A stretch of DNA of 64,000 nt, taken from positions 6,261,058-6,325,057 of the forward strand of contig NC_068984.1 in NCBI RefSeq assembly GCF_001194135.2. Direction: 5' to 3'. The position numbers and the translations under genes are program-made. Shown here in pieces: positions 61,766-64,000 of the stretch. The stretch comes from Octopus bimaculoides (lineage: Eukaryota). Below the pieces are notes generated by a model that saw nothing but the letters and a program-made list of their open reading frames with translations, did not search any database and had not been told where the DNA came from. Position 1 is the stretch's first letter. Every line of letters starts with the position of its first letter.

Positions 61766-62532
61766 AACACAAAAATGGATGTATTGTGTAATGCAGTCCT
61801 AAGTATTTCTTTACTGAAAGATATGTTGGGATGATCACTACTGGAATGTCTTTTACAGCATGTATCCTTAAACAGGGATGACCTGGAGCTTGATATCCAC
61901 AAAATGAACAATGTAACATCTATGAAATACAAATAAAAAAAACGATAACCCTGAACTACTTCAGCATACAAAAGCATATCCATAATATTTCATATTCTGA
62001 ACAAAACATAGCGATAACTTAACTCCTTTTCTTTGTATCCTTCTAAGTGGATCTATAAACTATTCAAATCATGAGATCAAAATAAGAGAATAAACTAAGG
62101 AAATCCTGCTCACGTAACTGACTGGTGAAGCATACATAACTGTGACCGAGAGTAATAAAGAAACATATTCATTTGTTTGTTTGTTTGTTTGTGCATCTGG
62201 TTAGAAAGAAGAAGCAGTGATAACAGCCTCTTTAAACCTTCTGAGACCTATGAAACTGATGCTGTTAATTCTGTTTAAATTGTTGCATTCAGTGTCTACA
62301 GAAAAATATGAGCAGGGAAGGAATTCTATAGCTAACATCATTCTGGGAAGAAATGACCAGGCATAGTGTTTCGTGTAGGGTTTGCAGATGTGGTGGAAAC
62401 AATGTAGGTAATAAGAGGAGGTGGCATGAAACTAGCCAGCTCCAAAAAGCAGAGGCCAATGTAGTAGTGATAGGAGATAGTTGGAGAGTGTCAATGTAGT
62501 AATGATGGGAGGTAGTACATTTCTGTTCCAGA

Positions 62533-62748
62533 AGTACTGCCTGACTGGCCCTCGTGCCGGTGGCATGTAAAAGCACCCACTACACTCTTGGAGTGGTTGG
62601 TGTTAGGAAGGGCATCTAGCTGTAGGAACTCTGCCAGATCAGATTAGAACCTGGTGCAGCCATCTGGTTCGCCAGTCTTCCGTCAAATCGCCCAACCTAT
62701 GCCAACATGGAAAGCAGACATTAAACGATGATGATGATGATGATGATA
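62533..62748 (+). mobile_element. RTE LINE 3' UTR end
   Basis: Terminal segment plus (GAT)n. Confidence 0.9.
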
Positions 62749-63589
62749 TTTGGAAATAAATTGTCATTCTCATTAAGCTCTTGCTGGAGAAACTCTTTCT
62801 CTCCACTGGCTTATTTTCATGATTACCATCAGTGTGACATAATATAAAAGGATACGGCATTACAAAATTAACAAGCGTGGTATTTTTTCAGTGAAATAGA
62901 AGCTGTGTCATTCAGACCTTTTCTATAAATATCTATGGTTACTAGATGTGCTAGAAATAGTAACCAAATATTCCTCATAACACATTGGATAGTGTAGTCT
63001 TTAGAAAATGGGATAACAACAGCTGGGATGTTATTCTGAATGTTGACAATGATATATTGTATAGACTCCTCAAGATATTTTACAGGTCAAGTGTAAAGAA
63101 TAATTACAAGAAATCTGGAGGCACAATCAGGGAATGACAAGCTGTATATGGCAAAGACAGCATAAACAGAGAGAGAAGAACTGTTCTGCATATGCTTGTT
63201 GAAATCCTACATTTTGTCTACCTGTACTTTTATGATTACAGTGGCTGCATAATAAGGCAGCAATGAAGTTGTCCTCTAGACCTACATTCTTTTAATTAGG
63301 CATGTTTGTTAAGCAGTGTCTTTGTACCTGATGGCTATAAGAAAACAAGTAATATGATGGATGAGGTCAGATATTTTCCATTCAAATATAGCCTTTATTG
63401 TCTTCTTCCAATGTCATTTAAAATGGAGAAGTTGTGAAAGTTAGCTGCAAGGAGAAAGCACTTGCTTTTGTAATGATGGCAAAGAATCCAGATTTTTTTT
63501 TTTCTTTTTTTGCATGTAACTACTATCTTTTTAAGGATATTCCATTTTTTATCATATTATTTAGTAGGTGGCAAAATCAGCTGAACAGC

Positions 63590-63730
63590 AGATAAAATAC
63601 CTTGTGGTGTTTAATTACATTCTAAATAATTTTACCCTACAGGGTTGATGAAATAAGTGCCAGTCAAGTTAATCCAATTAATTGTGTCTTCCTGACGAAA
63701 TTTGTGGCCTTGTGCCAATATCAAAATTAT
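63590..63730 (+). mobile_element. SINE family B remnant
   Basis: CAGGGTTGATGAAATAAGTGCCAGTC...GGCCTTGTGCC. Confidence 0.45.
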
Positions 63731-64000
63731 ATTGCAACTTTACTTTTAATTTTTCACTCAAAATAGTGGCTTTTTCTTACGTGATTGTAAGGTCCCTCAG
63801 TCAAGCCATGTAGCAAATAAAGATATTATTAATATAGTAACAAAGTTGGCACAATTCATAGAGAGATTATATTTTATTCTCATTGAGAATTATATTCCCA
63901 TATTCCTTAGCATTTTTCTTGCTAAAAATAAAATTTGCCTTCAACACCTCTTATGGTTTTAAAATTGTTCTAGATAAAGTTTGAAAAACTTTAAGCTCAA

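Noticed and set aside
62353-62500. VVVIGDS motif suggesting an SGNH esterase of a LINE ORF1
   Set aside because: Short frame (<50 aa), no other SGNH blocks; a single short motif is insufficient.

Overview
AT-rich, repeat-dense eukaryotic genomic DNA with four assembly gaps (5252-5321, 7775-7784, 35880-35922, 59555-60197). The SINE and RTE-LINE families look like those I recall from Octopus, so a cephalopod source is inferred from recognition, not a database search. I cannot identify any intact host protein gene, rRNA, tRNA or CRISPR array; the window reads as intergenic or deep intronic DNA with only speculative small exons. It contains an internally deleted Helitron (Rep plus helicase, intact 3' end), maT (DD37D) and Tc1 transposase remnants, MITEs, many RTE 3' fragments and several tRNA-derived SINE families. 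The best find is absent from the ORF track: a frameshifted minus-strand remnant at 26804-27362 matching the C-terminus of RAG1/Transib transposases. It keeps the catalytic Glu region and a C-terminal C-x2-C-x3-GH-x4-C-type tail characteristic of invertebrate RAG1-like (ProtoRAG-type) proteins. Other leads: a structured 5' end of an RTE-like element (possible ribozyme remnant), a gapless 200-bp hairpin, a 210-codon stop-free hydrophobic frame, and a speculative spliced secreted-peptide gene model.
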